This document shows positions 61,020-64,000 of a stretch of DNA of 64,000 nt, one piece after another. The stretch comes from Raillietiella orientalis. Lineage: Eukaryota. Under the pieces are notes generated by a model. The model did not search any database and was not told the DNA's origin. It saw only the letters and a list, made by a program, of their open reading frames with translations. A program made the position numbers and the translations under genes. How positions within the stretch are numbered: the stretch's first letter is position 1; each line of letters opens with the position of its first letter. The DNA lies in NCBI GenBank assembly GCA_036172245.1, contig JAYWIR010000017.1, positions 806,001 to 870,000 of the forward strand, written 5' to 3'.

Positions 61020-63420
61020 AAGGTCTGGAGTGTGCATTCTCTTTTCTCCGAGCGACCCCGTGCACGCTTGCGAACGAACGACCTGGCTGTCCACGGAAGT
61101 GCCTTCCAGCTGAACGGCTGAGAAGCTTCCGAAATTTATTAGCGTATCGGAGCCGACGATTGTGAGACGAGAGCGGCCCTTCCGTGTGACCCCCAGATCT
61201 TTACGTACTTCGAGAACCAAGCTCCGTGGAACTCAGAGGAGAGGAGCCTTTGGTTTGAAGAAACAGCACTTACATCGGCACTCGACGCTACTGGGGGCTT
61301 ATGAAGGATGATTCGAATATACTTTATCAGCGCCAGAGAGATCAGAAGAGAAAGGGATAGATCCCAAAATACCTTCGACGGAAGAGTGAGAAGACATGCG
61401 TTTCGTGCTGCTGCTTCTTCGTAATGTTATAGGCCTTGGAGTTCTCGAGGAAACAGAAAGGAATGGAAAAGCAGGGAATTCTATAGGATCGGAAAGGCAG
61501 TGACATCTACTCAGTTGGTTTCTTATAACAGCATACATGACTGAAACAGGAATTGGGGATCAGCCTCAGCAATCAATCATCTATGATTGATTGGTTTACT
61601 CATTTACCAAGGAATCTGAAGTTGCAGTTGGCTCACTCCTGTGGGAATGAAAGTCATCCAAGAAACCTGGACGTTCCATGTTTCCTGTCCGGTACCACAG
61701 GAGGAAGGACATCACTCTAATTATCCGTATACAACGGTATTTTTCCAGAGAATAAGGCTAAAGATTTAGATTAAGAATTTAAAGTCAGAATTTATCTATT
61801 TTCCCTAGAAAATTTCCTGTTCTTGTCCTGAACGCTCATATGAAGTAATCAGGGAAGAGCTTCATCATCGCATAATTAGGAAGGATCTTTCTCTGAGAGC
61901 GTTATATTCTCTTGAGTTTTTTTTTGAACAGAACGTGGAGCAGATATAAAAACACGACAACAGAAGCGCTACATTACCTTGACAACTGCTGTTGCAAAAG
62001 AACTGTTTGCTCCACTTCGTGACGTTTTCATTACAGAGTCTTTGGTGCTAAACAAAGAATGATCATCAAGTTTTTTTTTCTTCGTTGCTGGTTGTTGTTC
62101 TGGCGCTGAGTCCTCTATTCTGTCAAGGTGTCTACTGGCGGTATCGGTCCCAACTCGGAGCGACTTACAGACTTTCTGTTACTGACTCGGAGCGACTTAC
62201 AGATCAGAAGTTACAGACTCCCTATTCTCGATGCAGCAGAAACGGTTCAAGCACGGAAATGCTCAAAGTCTCGGATGAGAAGAAGGGAAAAGTTCTACGA
62301 ACGTGAGAAGAAACGCACAAGCAGTGGCATTCCGTGGACCCCTACATACGACTGTGGAATGCCAGGAAAGCAACATAAGGGACAGAAATTTTGAAGAGAA
62401 GCATTCGATCAAGGAACAATCGAAGCATGGAGCATGACCACAGTTACAGACGAGAGAGTGTAAGCAGAAAGTAAGGAGCGTAGAAAATTCAAATGATAAA
62501 GAGCAAGGGAACTTGAAGAATAGAAATTTCTTGTTCCCCCTGCAAGAAACCTCGGTCATCCTTCCTGACAACTGCTGCACCCACTCCAGAAAACCTGATG
62601 GTCTCTTTCCTTGAAAAAAGCACCACAGTTGATTTGTTTTGTTGGGGTTTTCACCGGGCAGTGAGATTTTGGTCCAGATGTTGCACACTCCTTCCAGAAT
62701 GCCACGAGGCATTCACTCCAACGATTCAGATGACGAAGCCAAAAGATGCAAGCTACTTGTTCAGACAAGCTCAGCGCTTGCACGAGGACCAACTAACGCT
62801 GAGCTCTGCTCATGCGCACTAGCGCGCGAAAGTGGAGAGAGCTTGTGCTACTAGAAGAAACGAAGAAAAACGAAGTCCATCCTGAAAAGATATCTCCAGA
62901 GGGCGAAGTCCCATTTGGATTGTGTGCAAACGTGAGAAGTAACGTAAATGCTTTTTCCCCTTGGGGTGGAAACTGGGAGCGTTCCAGGTGAGACTGAAGA
63001 GACGTTCAGCTGCATGAACCTTGACCTCCATGTTTGAATTGGGATCCAGTGAGGGTGCATACAAGTCACAAGCATCGTATTCGAAAGGACATGCTAAATA
63101 CGGAGATGGTCGGGTCAGAGCTTTAGAATGCAGTGTTGAGAACCTCTTCAGGCGCTTGGAATCTGGAACGAAGAATCAGAGAAGAAAGAGGAGATGCATT
63201 TCCAGGCTTCATGCTGGGAACAGCAGCGTAGCAAAAGGAACTGGCAGAACCTCGAACGGGTATTCTGGATGCGCGGAGAAAAAAACCTCTGGCATCAACC
63301 TCCATCCCTTGTCTCCCTCTCGTTTACATTCCATTTTTCCTGGGCAGCAGGCTATTTGAGCTATCTAATGAGCTATCTGAATTGTGTTACTTGAGTCTTT
63401 GCACCTACAGAGTTCTGCTT
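61020..63420 (+). mobile_element. Decayed RTE-like non-LTR retrotransposon (APE plus RT)
   Basis: GVCILF, FISVSEPT (IISVYAPT), LLGAY, NVIGLG..RNGK, PDGLF (62600), FW..PECHEA, RGRS (62900), PLSP (63310) in order. Confidence 0.55.
62153..62203. repeat. 19-bp direct repeat
   Basis: ACTCGGAGCGACTTACAGA at 62153-62171 and 62185-62203. Confidence 0.9.
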
Positions 63421-64000
63421 GTAGCTCTCGCAACTTCCAGGGAATTCTTTCTTTTGGCGGAGTGCCCAAGCCTGGCTGGAGGGAGCCATAGCGCCTCAAA
63501 CCCCTTTCCTGTAGGCAAAAAACACCCCCGTTCCTCTGCGAGGGCTTCTGAGGCTCTTTGCTCCTAACGAGGCAGGTCTTCCCATCGGCCACGCGGCTCC
63601 GAGCAACGTACATTCTTCCTCTTTTCCTTCACTCGAGAATTTAAGATGCCGTAGCGAGAGTTACGATAGAGTTGTGAGATTAGATGGCTTGTGGATTCTC
63701 CTGATGACCACCCGTCGGCACAGGAGATCGCATCCAGACTACCGGAATGCCACGCCATCTTGGCATGGCTTGCCAGGGGAGCATCAAGAACGATTCTCTT
63801 CACAGGAACCGCCTGCACCCCCCATTCCCGGAAGCCACGTGAAACCTTGGTTAACTTCCGAGTCTGATGCCTCCTTTCCCTTTCCTCGGGAAACAGGATC
63901 TATCTTTTGTAATTGGCCCCCTGTCTTCCTGCCTTCCGTGGGAAGCTGGGAACTGAAACGCTGAGTCAGGAAAGCGTGTCCTTGAGTATTCTACGATTGT

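Noticed and set aside
63457..63500. tRNA 5'-half-like GGCGGAGTGCCCAAGCCTGG
   Set aside because: No T-loop/B-box or 3' acceptor strand.
1..64000. CRISPR arrays, hammerhead ribozymes, known miRNAs
   Set aside because: No regularly spaced repeats; the CTGANGA hits examined lacked the paired stems and GAAA; no miRNA recognised. Checked by eye only, so an Infernal/Rfam scan is needed to exclude them.

Overview
Eukaryotic, most likely arthropod, genomic DNA. No operons, rRNA, CRISPR or intact tRNA genes were found. There is one intact host gene: a five-exon, minus-strand Dpr-family two-Ig cell-surface protein (CDS 14613->6007, 280 aa, all splice phases compatible). There is also one 5'-truncated, intronless pseudogene of a pgant5/GALNT1-type GalNAc-transferase (about 55.1-56.3 kb, +). 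Much of the rest reads as layered retroelement remains, in three layers. (1) Oldest: heavily decayed Ty3/gypsy (about 11), BEL/Pao (about 4), L1/Tx1 and RTE-like fossils, recognised by eye from colinear degenerate motifs across frameshifts. (2) Four copies of an about 870-bp tRNA-headed SINE-like family, inserted into those fossils. (3) Two 5'-truncated L1/Tx1-type LINE copies with clear TSDs, both in or at the end of SINE copies. Gypsy fossils are mostly minus-strand and BEL fossils are all plus-strand. Several perfect inverted repeats (22-bp hairpin, 33-bp IR, 24-bp palindrome) sit in otherwise decayed DNA. Fossil boundaries are approximate and need HMM/alignment confirmation. Most long ORFs in the track are GC-rich artefacts.
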